A DNA stretch of 63,736 bases, the filler included, from Octopus bimaculoides (Eukaryota): NCBI RefSeq assembly GCF_001194135.2. It is 6 parts of 6 records of this genome, joined end to end, with 100 filler letters (N's around TTAATTAATTAA, not from the genome) between each part and the next. Parts side by side here need not be neighbours in the genome. Positions count along the whole stretch, not along the records: positions 28,333 to 55,512 come from NC_068995.1; 5 more parts are not named here. One strand, given 5' to 3'. Positions 37,285 through 50,589 of this stretch are shown one piece after another. The position numbers were made by a program, and so were the translations under genes. The notes below the pieces were generated by a model. It was not told where the DNA came from, ran no database searches, and worked only from the letters and a program-made list of their open reading frames with translations. The first letter of the stretch is position 1, and each line of letters opens with the position of its first letter.

Positions 37285-37550
37285 ATATATTTTTTACTTG
37301 TTTCATTCATTAGATTGCGACCATGCTGGAGCACTGCCGTGAGGAACTTTGGGTCGAAATAAACGACTTCCAGTACTTATTTTCTTTTAAAGCGTGATGC
37401 TTATTCTATCGGTTCTTTTGCTGAACCGCTAAGTCACCGTGACGTAAACACACCAATATCGGTTGTCAGGCGACAAACACAAAGATTTATATATATATAT
37501 ATATGTATGTGTATGTGTGTGTGTGTGTGTTTGTGACGGGCTTCTTTCAG
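37285..37550 (-). mobile_element. SINE family A (tail + microsatellite, cut by gap)
   Basis: Homology to family A. Confidence 0.8.
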
Positions 37551-38089
37551 NNNNNNNNNNNNNNNNNNNNNNNNNNNNNNNNNNNNNNNNNNNNNNNNNN
37601 NNNNNNNNNNNNNNNNNNNNNNNNNNNNNNNNNNNNNNNNNNNNNNNNNNNNNNNNNNNNNNNNNNNNNNNNNNNNNNNNNNNNNNNNNNNNNNNNNNNN
37701 NNNNNNNNNNNNNNNNNNNNNNNNNNNNNNNNNNNNNNNNNNNNNNNNNNNNNNNNNNNNNNNNNNNNNNNNNNNNNNNNNNNNNNNNNNNNNNNNNNNN
37801 NNNNNNNNNNNNNNNNNNNNNNNNNNNNNNNNNNNNNNNNNNNNNNNNNNNNNNNNNNNNNNNNNNNNNNNNNNNNNNNNNNNNNNNNNNNNNNNNNNNN
37901 NNNNNNNNNNNNNNNNNNNNNNNNNNNNNNNNNNNNNNNNNNNNNNNNNNNNNNNNNNNNNNNNNNNNNNNNNNNNNNNNNNNNNNNNNNNNNNNNNNNN
38001 NNNNNNNNNNNNNNNNNNNNNNNNNTATATATATATATTTCCGTGAGAGTTAGGGGTTGGGAAGCCAATCAACTAGTACCTATCTAATA

Positions 38090-39075
38090 TACTGCTGGTA
38101 GTGTGCCCAATTATTAACACCCAAATCCTGGTTATTGCGTGGAAATTTCGCAATCTAGTGTCATATATGGGCGGGGGTAAAAAGTGGCTTACCCTTCAGT
38201 TATACGGCAAAAAATAAATGGAGGGGATGCAAAAATGACATATATCATCCAGTAGACATTTTATTATGTCTATTTATTCGAAAACAAAAGGGAGTATTCT
38301 AAGAATACATACACATGCAAAGACTGTGTGCTACACAAATATATACTAGTAATACATAAAAGAGTAAAAGATTAAAATATCAGTTCCTTATGGCTGTTTC
38401 TACCAAAAGGCCACGATATCCTCCATGCTAGCTCTATCTATTCACTGTTCTGTAGGAATGGGCAGATATACTTTGGATCTTGAGTGTGCCTCTTGGCTTC
38501 ATCAGAGGGTCTAAATGGTTAGGAGAGCCGATACATACAAGAGTCAGTGACTAATAGGTAGAGTATATTTTTCTTATTGAAAAGGCATAAGAAGAATAGG
38601 AGCTAGACTTAGTGTGAGAGGAGTAAAATTTAGTAAAATAGATTAGGTATAGGAAAGAGAAATAAGTCACAGACTTCAAGTGTTGCCTTTCAAGATTCAT
38701 GTTATTTTGTCCAGTGGTGGATAAGTAGATATATTCGTTCTAAGGATGAGTTTTTTAGGAAGGGTAAATTTAGGCAGTGGTTCTTAATTTGTTTACATAT
38801 AAATACACGTTATGTTTGTTACTGGTGGATTTGAAAGTATGGCTGAAAGTATGGTCCGTGTTTCAGAGGTGGAAGTTTATATGTAGGATGTCGGTTGGTA
38901 CTAAAGAGAGTATGGCACCAGGTGGTGACCAAAGTACGGTGTTTGTGTTCGTTATTTTTTTGATCAACAAGTCCCTGAATCCTTGTGTGCAGTGGTTATG
39001 GTCAGTTCTGCAACTTAATTGGTCAGCTATTTTTTTGAAAACTATGATGCAGTTCCGGTTCGTTGATGGTTAACA
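38090..39075 (-). mobile_element. Highly decayed retroelement-like fragment (possibly Penelope-like)
   Basis: Coding-like but stop-riddled minus frames; part of it is duplicated in inverted orientation at 39475-39570. Family not secure. Confidence 0.35.
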
Positions 39076-39560
39076 AATAATACAAAAACAAATCAGATAA
39101 ATAAATAAGTAAATAGATAAATTAAAAAATAAATGGATAAAAAAAAAACCATGGCCACTATGGGCAAGTAGGAGAGCAAAATAACATTCAAACTAGATTA
39201 AATTAAATTAAATTAAATTAGATTAAATTTAGACAAGTAAATAAATAAATAAATGAGTATGTGAGTGAGTACGATAACTAAAATAATATGACTAAGGGGG
39301 TATGATTTTAAGGGACAGCATAAGAAAAAAAAATATTGCAAACGTATAAAAATAAAAATTTAAAATATATATCTATCTACCAGGGGAATCAGCTATATTG
39401 TTAATCATAATATAGGAGAAGGACAGAGGACTGATTTTTGTAGGAAGGCGAAATAAGGAGGATTATCTGACAAGGGACAACAAATGAATCTTGGAAGGCA
39501 ACACTTGAAGTCTATGACTTATTATTCTTTCCTATACCTAATCCATTTTACTAAATTTAA

Positions 39561-39606
<46 letters not shown>

Positions 39607-40117
39607 NNNNNNNNNNNNNNNNNNNNNNNNNNNNNNNNNNNNNNNNNNNNNNNNNNNNNNNNNNNNNNNNNNNNNNNNNNNNNNNNNNNNNNNNNNNNNN
39701 NNNNNNATATATATATATATATATATACACATATATATATTATCCGTATTCGCTTGATAGTAGAAAAGAAAATGGAGAATTGAAAGTTAATAATTATTTA
39801 TTAATAAAATGATACTTCATACTTCTTGCAGCTGCTTCAACTGTGATTGTTAAATAAATCACAAAATAATGGCTTAAATTTGCACAATTTCATCAAGGAA
39901 AAAGATTACATGTTGATCTCTTAGTTCATAATGGCAGACTAAGTAAATGGAATTATTTTTATTTATGTGTGTGCGTAAGGAATAACGGAATAGTTTGAAT
40001 ATAATAAGAAATAAAGTAAAATAAGATAAGTAATAAGGTAGAATAAAATAAAGTGATATAAAAAGTAAATACAATAAAAATAAAAACAAAAGGTATAAAA
40101 TATCAAATAAATAAGAT

Positions 40118-40148
<31 letters not shown>

Positions 40149-40936
40149 AGTAAACAAAAAAGAAGAGGAATAGAATATACTCTATGTAGGGATCAGTGCC
40201 CATTGGTTGGAGAAATTTAAATTAGTTTACATGTGGTTAAGCGTTTTAGAAAATATCAAATCATAACGGTTTCACAATATATGTGTGTGTGTGTGAAATT
40301 GTATGGTAATAAAGGACTCACAGTAAATATCGCATGCATACGTATACACACATACATACATACATACACACACATACACGCTCGTATACACACATACATA
40401 TACCTATATACACAAGCATATATACACACATATGCGCGTACATAGATGTATACATAAATGCACAGATACGCAAATACACGCACACAGGTATGTACATAAG
40501 GCATACAATCATACGCATATATATGCTTTATAATCTTCAATTCAGTAGTATANNNNNNNNNNNNNNNNNNNNNNNNNNNNNNNNNNNNNNNNNNNNNNNN
40601 NNNNNNNNNNNNNNNNNNNNNNNNNNNNNNNNNNNNNNNNNNNNNNNNNNNNNNNNNNNNNNNNNNNNNNNNNNNNNNNNNNNNNNNNNNNNNNNNNNNN
40701 NNNNNNNNNNNNNNNNNNNNNNNNNNNNNNNNNNNNNNNNNNNNNNNNNNNNNNNNNNNNNNNNNNNNNNNNNNNNNNNNNNNNNNNNNNNNNNNNNNNN
40801 NNNNNNNNNNNNNAAATAAAAGTTATAAACATTCAGTTAGAGATAAATGTAGAAAGACTGTTGTGTTAGTTATAGATATGATTTTGTTACGTTATGTCAT
40901 CTCAATTATGTTAATAGAAATAGTTATAATAGTTGA

Positions 40937-41175
40937 AAGGCGGTGAGCTATTAGAAGCGTTAGCACGCCGGGCGAAATGCTTAGCGGTATTTTGTCTGTC
41001 GTCACGTTCTGAGTTCAAATTCCGCCGAGGTTGACTTTGCCTTTCATCCTTTCGGGGTCGATAAATTAAGTACCAGTTACGCACTGGGGTCGATGTAATC
41101 GAATTAATACCTTTGTCTGTCCTTGTTTGTCCCCTCTATGTTTAGCCCCTTGTGGGCAATAAAGAAATAAGAAAT
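40937..41175 (+). mobile_element. SINE family B, full length (reference copy)
   Basis: GGCGGTGAGCT..TAGCACGCCGGGCGAAATG head, B-box GAGTTCAAATTCC, core GCCTTTCATCCTTTCGGGGTCGATAAA; about 20 homologues in the window. Confidence 0.9.
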
Positions 41176-41514
41176 AGTTATAATATTTAATCAATACATG
41201 ATGATTAAGTTAATCTAAGAAAAATATTTAATAATTATTATTAACTATTGTTTAGGATATTGTTAGAATTTTAGTTGTTAATTTAAGGTAATAAAGTCGA
41301 ATATATCATGTATCAAAAGTGATGTAATCAATAGTAGTTATCTCAATTATTGTTTATACATATAATTACGAGACATTTTCAATAACTCTATTCTGTTATA
41401 TCAATAAGTAATATGTCTCCTAAATGTTAGGGGATATCATATGAATAGTATATTATATAGTTTAATTTTACCCTATGCTATGAATATAAAGTTTAAATAT
41501 ACTTAGAGAAAACA

Positions 41515-41900
41515 TATTTCGCCGAATGAAGGCAAGTTATATTTTTTCTCTTTTTAAGTTAAGTAAATTTTTTCTAGATGCTTCTCTCACAACTCACATC
41601 TTTTGCTGGAGATTTTATATGATTGTACAAAACTCACAAATTCCCATTTACTAATAAATTAAATGTTATTATCCTTCAATTCCCATTTAATATTAAATTC
41701 AATATTATTATCCTTCAATTCCCATATGAACTTACTTAATCCAGTAGAATTCATTTTTTTGTCTATTTTTAAAGCTCTGTAAGTGGTTAGCCACTCTAAT
41801 CTTAATTCTATTTTCTGTTGACCCGATATAATAGAATTTCTTTACTTGAGATTCTATAGCTTCCTTACACAAATTTAAAAATTCACAATTAATTTTAACT
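41515..41900 (-). mobile_element. Penelope-like GIY-YIG endonuclease fragment
   Basis: Minus frames KFYYIGSTENRIKIRVANHLQSFKN / STGLSKFIWELKDNNI...KWEFVS...KRCELC, with a short internal tandem duplication (WELKDNNI twice). Confidence 0.8.
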
Positions 41901-42147
41901 TTAGTTAAAATTAATTGTAAATTTTATGTATGTTATTCGAAGTATTACTAGGAATATAGTTTATGGGTTATTTTCCTTCTACTATTACATTATTTATGAC
42001 CGTTAACATTTCTATTTAGGTTGGGGTGGGTGGGTTAAGTTGTTTCTGTAAAAACTATCTAATTTTTTTGTTAATAGATGATAAACATGTATATATGTAT
42101 GTATATATATATATGTGTGTGTATATATATGTATATGTTTATATATA

Positions 42148-42225
<78 letters not shown>

Positions 42226-42534
42226 GTATATATATATGTATATATATGCATGCATATATATATACACACACAGGAGTACATGCGTATAAATGCTTATATA
42301 CATATATAATGAGATAAGTAATGATAGACACACATACTTATATGTATACAAATATATATATAAGTATATATATTAATTATATACATAAATGCATATATAC
42401 ATAGATACATACACATATATATATATATATATTTATATGTATGTCTGTATATATGTATTTAGGTGTATAATTAATATATATATACTTATATTTATAAGTA
42501 TATATATATTAATTATATACATAAATACATATAT

Positions 42535-42630
<96 letters not shown>

Positions 42631-43160
42631 TATGTGTGTGCGTATGTATTTTACTTAAGATTTCAAGTAAATATTCTCCTTCAAATTTTCCACAAGTTCA
42701 ATCAAATTGTCTTTAAAGAACCAAAAAGAAACACAACTAAATATGATAATATCAGCGACGTGGAAAACAGACATAACATAATAATATCTTTCAACAATTA
42801 TCGATTTGTCAGCATGTTTTCAGCTGCTGTTATCACTGTCATAACATTTGATATTTTAAATACAGAACTACATAGCTTCACATATGTTGTGATCTCAGTC
42901 TGCTGAATAGAAAATCGGAAAAGAAAGACAGTGGCGGGGCTATCTTGGTCTGATTGATATCAGATGTGATATATAAAATATTCTTATAGGAAACATTGAC
43001 AACGATAAATCACTTCTAAAGCTTACACTCTATAACTACATTGGATTCAATGATTATACGTGGTTGTAGTCAAACTCATGCAGATACACATATACACTCC
43101 ATAAACATACATACATGCATACATACACATGAATACATACATACATACATACATACATAC

Positions 43161-43915
43161 AAGAAAAACTGTGTATAGTTGTGGAAATTAGCTGCCCAGC
43201 GGATATTAACATAGAGCTAAAAATCAATCAAAAAGAAAATATCTACGCTGAACACTTAAGAAATCTAGGGTTATACTATCTAGATTACAAGTTCAGGTTT
43301 ATACCTGTAATTATTGGGCCACTGAGATATGTAACACACTGCCTAAATACCAATCTTGAGAAATTAGGCTTCTCAAGACCAGAAAGGAGAAAGCTGATTC
43401 GAAGGTTACAGATCCAAGCCATCACTGGAACTGTAAAAAGTTGAAAAACTTTCCAGAAGTTTATCATTTAACTACATACAAGTATATANNNNNNNNNNNN
43501 NNNNNNNNNNNNNNNNNNNNNNNNNNNNNNNNNNNNNNNNNNNNNNNNNNNNNNNNNNNNNNNNNNNNNNNNNNNNNNNNNNNNNNNNNNNNNNNNNNNN
43601 NNNNNNNNNNNNNNNNNNNNNNNNNNNNNNNNNNNNNNNNNNNNNNNNNNNNNNNNNNNNNNNNNNNNNNNNNNATATATATATATATATAGTTGCATGT
43701 CTAGACATGCAACTACATGCATGAGAATACATACATAAAACAAAATATACAAATCTGCACATGAATTGACTCCAAATACTGCACATATACACGCATACAT
43801 GCAAAAATACCCGGTTGACGTTGTTGATATTCCAATGAAGGAGTCTTGGATTTTGATTAGAAACCGGCTCTTCCTCTATTGGCAAGAAATCTTGAAATAA
43901 AACTGAATGATGACA
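43161..43915 (+). mobile_element. REL-endonuclease non-LTR 3' fragment associated with (ATAC)n
   Basis: VEISCPAD...KENIYAE...FIPVIIG...LQIQAITGTVK resembles the PD-(D/E)xK endonuclease C-terminus of site-specific non-LTR elements. It follows (ATAC)n; the presumed 3'UTR continues after the gap. Confidence 0.7.
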
Positions 43916-44279
43916 CATATATTACACATGTATTATACACACATACATGTATTATAGACGCATACATACATACACATATGTCATATCAAAGTTGACAGTA
44001 GACTCCATATCTTGCAATAAGTCCCTTGTTCAGTGGTTTGCTGTTTTCATGTAGTATCTGAGAACACACACACACACACTTATTGATATACACGCATTTA
44101 TAAACAAGCGTACAATCTAAAGATATACAAAGGATTAATGAAAGAATGCTGTACAAGTTAAATAGGAACCTGAAATGCTGATTTAGTTAATATTCCTTAC
44201 AAAACACCACCGTTTTATCGAGTCCTTCCCATTTGTCAAAGTTAAGTCAACGATAGTTAGCTATATTATATTGGGTTCA

Positions 44280-44472
44280 AATTCAGACACAAGGTGTGTG
44301 TGTGAGCCGATTACATCCACCCCAGTGCTCAACTGGTATTTATTTTATCGATCCCGAAAAGATGAAAGACAAAGTCGACCTTGGCGGAATTTGAACTCAG
44401 AACGTAAAGACGGACAAAATGCTGCTAAGTATTAGGCCTCGGCGTGCTAACGATTCTGCCAGCTCGCCGCCT
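44280..44472 (-). mobile_element. SINE family B
   Basis: Reverse homology to family B. Confidence 0.85.
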
Positions 44473-44519
44473 TTTAGCTAGATAATATTAGTGATAGTGA
44501 TATCAGCACAAAGATCAAG

Positions 44520-44867
44520 GAGTCTCTCTCCAGATCGAGTCGCTACTTCCTCGGGTTGAGAAACCACAGCTCTGGTACTACGGGCACGTGATTAGAATGT
44601 TGAAGGGAAGAATCACAAGACAGATTCTTCAAGCTGAGCCAATCAACAGGAGATCTAGGGGAAGACCAATAATGAGATGGCTGGATAATATCGATAAGCG
44701 CAGGCATGACTGTGTGGTAAGAAGCTTGCTTCCCAACCACATGGTTCCGGGTTAAGTCCCACTGCGTCGCACCTTGGACAAGTGTCTTTTACTATAGCTT
44801 CGGGCCAACCAAAGCCTTGTGAGTGAATTTAGTAGTGAATATATATACGACTAGCTTCTTTCAGTTT

Positions 44868-44914
<47 letters not shown>

Positions 44915-45335
44915 TATGTATGTACGTATGTGTGTGTGTTTGTATGTATATGCGTGTGTGTGTGAGTTTGTGTCTATGTTTGTCCACCACTTGACAACCG
45001 GTGTTGGTGTGTTTACGTGCTCGTAACTTAGCGGTTCGGTAAAAGAAACCGATAGAATAAATACTAGGCTTTAACAAAGTAAGCCCTGGGTCGATTTGTT
45101 CAACTAAAACCCTTCAAGTTGATGCTCCAGCATGGCCACAGTCAAACGACTGAAACAAGTAATAGATAAAAAGATAAAATACAGTCTCAGTTGGTTATGC
45201 TTGGGAATCCAGCCAGAAAGTGTAATGACGTTTGCTTCCGATAAGACCATATGGAGGAGGTGTCTGTGAACTCTACGCTTAAGACCTTCCCTGGAATAGA
45301 AGGCGGAGGAGATGGATGGATGGAACAAATATTTC
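44520..45335 (+). mobile_element. RTE-like LINE C-terminal remnant split by a SINE
   Basis: QLWYYGHVIRM...RRSRGRPIMRWLDN (44520-44700) resumes as LSWLCLGIQPES...WRRCL (45180-45335) after a full SINE copy. Confidence 0.7.
44699..45175 (+). mobile_element. SINE family A, full length, with inverted head end
   Basis: Homology to family A; 44839-44869 is the reverse complement of the normal head end. Confidence 0.85.
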
Positions 45336-46379
45336 AACGATCTAACAGGAACATTTCTTCGTTTTTAGAGTATAGCAATTTGTTAATTAAAATAGGAAGA
45401 TTTTACACAGCAACAATATATTAAAAAATACATCGATATATCCTAAAAGGATTAGCCATGTCTGCAGACACAGTTTCATAAGCTGGTAATTTCTCTGTGA
45501 ACAGTCGAATCTTTGTCTATTGATAATCTAACAAAACTAAAAAATAGTCAGATCGATTCCAACTTCTTACAGAAACAAAAAAAGCATATGATGTAATTAT
45601 AGAATAAATANNNNNNNNNNNNNNNNNNNNNNNNNNNNNNNNNNNNNNNNNNNNNNNNNNNNNNNNNNNNNNNNNNNNNNNNNNNNNNNNNNNNNNNNNN
45701 NNNNNNNNNNNNNNNNNNNNNNNNNNNNNNNNNNNNNNNNNNNNNNNNNNNNNNNNNNNNNNNNNNNNNNNNNNNNNNNNNNNNNNNNNNCACACACACA
45801 CACTCGCACACACACACGCACGCACACACATATATACGCATATATGCATAGCGTTGCAAATTTTGGAATAAGACAGCAAAAAAGAAAAGCCTGAGAAATG
45901 TCTATATAAGAACAACACATTCGATAATATAATGAATAACGACGCTCCTGAAGAAGTGAAATCACTAACATATTTAGAAAAGTCGTCTGCGTAAGAAAAC
46001 TGAATATTAATTCAGTAAAAGATAGATTTGTAAATGAATCATGTCTATCAATTAGTATTTAAAACATATTTGGCGAAGTGAATGAGTGTGGAATTTGATA
46101 AACTAATCTGTCATCTGCGATATTAAAAAGACAGTGTATCGCATAAAGCGTTCACAGCGTCAATGCAGATCATGTGTAATAAAATAGGAAAGATAAAAAG
46201 CTTAGCGTATTAGAGAAAAATTAAGTGGACACTGAAATAGATATAACGAAGAGGTACCATGTATATTATTATTCTAACATCTGATATACGGTAGGCAGAT
46301 TAGTACAGGGTGCAGCCAAAAACATCCTCCAGCATTTTAGAGGCTGACACATTTCAACAGAAAACGCACAGTATGCACT

Positions 46380-46535
46380 TCGACCCAAGTATTTAACTGG
46401 AACTCATTTTATCGACTCCGAAAGGATGAAAAGCAAAGTCGACCTTGGCTGAATTTGAACTCAGAACGTGCAGACGGACAAAATGCTGCTAAGCATTTTG
46501 TCCGTTATACTAACAATTCTGCCAGCTTGCCGCCA
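46380..46535 (-). mobile_element. SINE family B
   Basis: Reverse homology to family B. Confidence 0.8.
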
Positions 46536-46859
46536 AGAAACGGTAAAATATTAGCTGCATGAAGACACTGTTATGAATCGAACAACAACAATGGGAGTTT
46601 TCCTTTGGCATACCCAATAGTAACTATATAGTAATTATATGTAAGTCTAAAAATGACACCACACTATGACAGTTTACCGTATCCATATATTGGGTAAAGT
46701 TAAAATTCTCTGTACCAAATGTACTTTTCTTGTGCCAATAAGGTGAAGATTTCTACACTAATAATAATAGTAATATTACTGATAATAAAAGTAGCCTTTA
46801 TAGTAATACATATACGTGTTTAATAAATCAGTTTTATAATTACTGTGTTATATTTATGG

Positions 46860-47760
46860 TACCGACCTCAATATAACACAACTGCAGTGCTACTATAGGC
46901 TATAACAGTCATTAATGGCGAGGGAAATTAAGAAACTTAAGTACTCAAAAATATATAGAAACAATCACAAGGCCACTTAAGTACAGAGATGTTAACTGAG
47001 TCAAGCGACTATGGCACCATACAAAACTCCCTTAAAATGAGTGAAACATTAAATAGACTGCGAATGTAAAAAGATAATTTCAAATACTACGTGTGTGGCA
47101 TGAAGCAATATGACAGGAAACAGGTAAATATGCGAAATCCACTTCCAGTCCCAAATTGAATTCAGTCAACGTTTACGTCACCAGGAAGATACAAGCAATA
47201 CAAATATAAACCATATACATAAGCAGCTTCAATAAATATGTAAAAAATGTTCAACGCGTAAGAACTAAATCTTATAGATTGGATATCTTCATATATTTAT
47301 TGAATACTGGACAGATTTGGTGAACAAGAAAGATTTGCTAACAAAAAGCGAGATTAATGAACAAGAGAGATTTGTGAACAATGGAGTGGATGACGGATTT
47401 GACATTCACCACCAAATAACTAACAAGTAAAAAGTAGGGAATTACATACACCGGATGTTGTGTGAACACTATAGAATGCCAGCAGAAAAAAGTTGATATA
47501 AACATACCTCAGAAAGGACATCAGGAAATGGCAAAGCAGTGATACTCTGAGAAATGCCAATACACGCAGATATAACCCAAATCCCAGCATTTACGAATAT
47601 CTTACAACTTACAGAAAATAGCACTGCTAGGTACCGCGCACATCCGACGTAGAACACTTTCAATACAACAAAAACAACAACCCCAAAACAAACCACAGCG
47701 CATACTTAAGGCACACAGAGATGCACTTGAAAATGCAGTGAAAGCACGCAATAAAAACTA
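46860..47760 (+). mobile_element. Decayed R4/Dong-like element, 3' part
   Basis: KVGNYIHRMLCEHY...*YKH...VIL*EMPIHAD and LQKIALLGTAHI, with stops and frameshifts, followed by a (TAA)n array. The 5' boundary is uncertain. Confidence 0.7.
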
Positions 47761-47770
47761 AGACTATTGA

Positions 47771-47771
47771 A

Positions 47772-47844
<73 letters not shown>

Positions 47845-47851
47845 TATAATG

Positions 47852-47898
<47 letters not shown>

Positions 47899-47905
47899 TA
47901 TAATG

Positions 47906-47949
<44 letters not shown>

Positions 47950-47950
47950 C
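47771..47950. repeat. (TAA)n array
   Basis: Direct reading; two copies of a TTATAATGAT variant. Confidence 0.95.
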
Positions 47951-48225
47951 TTTTCTACTGTAGGAATAAGGCCTAAAATTTGGGGGGAGGGGTACANNNN
48001 NNNNNNNNNNNNNNNNNNNNNNNNNNNNNNNNNNNNNNNNNNNNNNNNNNNNNNNNNNNNNNNNNNNNNNNNNNNNNNNNNNNNNNNNNNNNNNNNNNNN
48101 NNNNNNNNNNNNNNNNNNNNNNNNNNNNNNNNNNNNNNNNNNNNNNNNNNNNNNNNNNNNNNNNNNNNNNNNNNNNNNNNNNNNNNNNNNNNNNNNNNNN
48201 NNNNAATAATAATAATAATAATAAT

Positions 48226-48618
48226 AAGACGAAAACAATACCTATTGTCATAGGTGCCCTGGGAATGACAGCGAAACGGGCTGATTACTACCTAGCTCAG
48301 ATACCAGGAAACCCCAAAATGGCTGAAGTTCAAAAGATAGTGCTCATGGGAACTGCCCATATCCTACGTAAAATACTGTCTATGTGATCTCAAATTTTAA
48401 AGCAAACACATAATTTTCTTATGGTTTCTTAAACATTCACTTGAACAAAACTGTACAAATCCAAATATATGGTACCCTAGGCATAACACCTACATGAACT
48501 TCTAACTTGTTGTCTCTTGAGGTCTCTGGGTGAGACTTGGATCCAACTTGTACAAATGCAAAACAAAAGTCAAACATAAAATAACAATAATAATAATAGT
48601 AATGATAATGATAATAAT
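48226..48618 (+). mobile_element. R4/Dong-like element 3' end (REL endonuclease C-terminus, 3'UTR, TAA tail)
   Basis: KTKTIPIVIGALG...VQKIVLMGTAHILRKILSM* with (TAA)n on both sides. Confidence 0.85.
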
Positions 48619-48619
48619 T

Positions 48620-49165
48620 TCATTTATTTGCCAGCAGGACGAAGGATGAGGGGGACAATACAAGGACAGATATAAAGTGTGATTTATATATAATGAAATA
48701 AAATAATAAAAAAAAAAAATGAAAGTATAATGTAAGGGACATATACATAGTATACAAAGGTTTAAAAAAGGTGAAGAGGAGGATAGAGATGTAGCCCTTC
48801 TGATACAGGATGACCTCTAGAGATTATCGATGAACCCAACTGTCCGAGATTTCCCTGAACACCAAGAGCAAGTTCCCTCTCCAATTCCTTCTCTCCGGCT
48901 TACAAGTCTACACATAGAGAGGTAATAGCCATCTTGCCATTCTCGCAACTTCCACCCGCCATTGAATAAACTCACTCGAGGATAGCACTTCCCTCTCCAC
49001 CCCTCAATTTCAGTTTCAAGTGAAACTAGAAGTCAATGAGAGCTCTACTAAAGAGGAATGTATCTGTCCTCATGCCTTTCAGTCTTGTCCACCAAACAAT
49101 CTCTTTCGCCACAGGCAAAGGAAAACTACCTTGATTGTACAATTGAAAGCGGGCGGCGGGACAAA
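48620..49165 (-). mobile_element. L1/Tx1-like ORF2 C-terminal remnant
   Basis: Minus frame VAKEIVWWTRLKGMRTDTFL...HLKLKLR/EREVLSSSEF, degenerate; flanked by (TAA)n arrays. Confidence 0.45.
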
Positions 49166-49170
49166 TAATG

Positions 49171-49210
<40 letters not shown>

Positions 49211-49233
49211 CAACAATAATAATAATAGTAATA

Positions 49234-49275
<42 letters not shown>

Positions 49276-50589
49276 GTAGTGAGACTGCTAAGAAAAAAAA
49301 AACGATGTATTTTATATGTATGTATTTCATTAAGTAGCTTGATTATAATTTTCCAGTGTCCCTTTGTTTTATCAATACCCGTACGTCATTATATTACTTC
49401 AGTAAACCTGAAATTTTCATGTTTTTCATGAATTCTCTGTTAATTGGTACGAGCAAAAATAACTTTGTTATACTGATGAGAATATTAGTCTTTTAATTAC
49501 TATACATCTCTCTCATTTTCACCTTATACATATGTCTATGTATAGGTGTGTGTATGTTTTATTGAGACCAGTCCAGTAGCTTATTACTCTGGAGTTTCCA
49601 CAGCGTGCCGTTGCTTCTCTAGAACACCCTGTATATAACTGTATATAACTAGAAGCCTTATTAGCGCAACAATAATTTCGACTTCGTTCTTGCACTATTC
49701 CTTAGTAGGTGTGGGACGATGTAATGACATCAGATGCAACACACAATGTAGGGAGCCTCATCGGTTGACGTAACGTGCTTCAAAAGTTATAAGATTTCCA
49801 TTTCGTTTTCGCTTCAAGATTATATGCTGTTGGTGATTTGCTAGCAGCTCAGACACATGTTGGTGAAGTGAGGAAATTGTGGTCAGGAAGTGGTTGATAA
49901 AAAAGTAAAGAAAATGAAAAAATAAGGAACTTAAGGTAAATGGGGTAGTGGTGGTTATATAGTGATTGCTAAAAAAGATACAAAGAATGTAATATAAATG
50001 GGAGCGGGATGTGTGTTTATGGCATTGGATTGAACCCCTATAGCGTGTGGAGACCTTTTTTGGCTGGCTATGGCAGTCAAGCACGAAGCCGAAACAATTA
50101 TGCTTCCGTATCAATCATTAAAAATATATTTAACGTGTACCTGGGAATTCTCATTCAAACTACATAATACGCAGAATTGTCGCATTAATACAGTAAGGTG
50201 TTTTGAGGGAGATTTGGCTGCTATTTCTACCAGGTCTACCTACCATGTAGAGGTCTGAACTTAATTTTCATTCACAGATTTGCATTTCAAACATTTAACA
50301 TAATCTTTTCCATAAATCAACTATCGTAACATTTTTTTACCATGGCCTCACATTTTCTATGTATGTGTGTGTACCTTAAAAGACGTAATTAGACAGAGGT
50401 CCAATAGAATAGTTCTCATAAACAGACTACCTAGAAATTCTTTCTTCACAACTTCTGAAGCTGTTTCTTGCGAAGATATTTTGGAAAGACTTCCGCCCTC
50501 CCCCCATTTTCTCTACTTATTCCATACTTCTTCACTTAACTTTTATCTTCACGTTTCTTATATTAGATACGTCTGCTATTAATTCTTAC

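Noticed and set aside
40820-42070. Very AT-rich block suspected to be a mitochondrial insertion
   Set aside because: No mitochondrial gene recognised; part translates as a Penelope GIY-YIG and part is a SINE.
42800-42905. Strong minus-strand acceptor followed by QTEITTYVKLCSS...*
   Set aside because: No convincing donor or homology; polypyrimidine tracts are common here.
45935-45990. CTGAAGA-AGTG/CACT stem as a hammerhead
   Set aside because: Lacks the GAAA half of the core after stem II.
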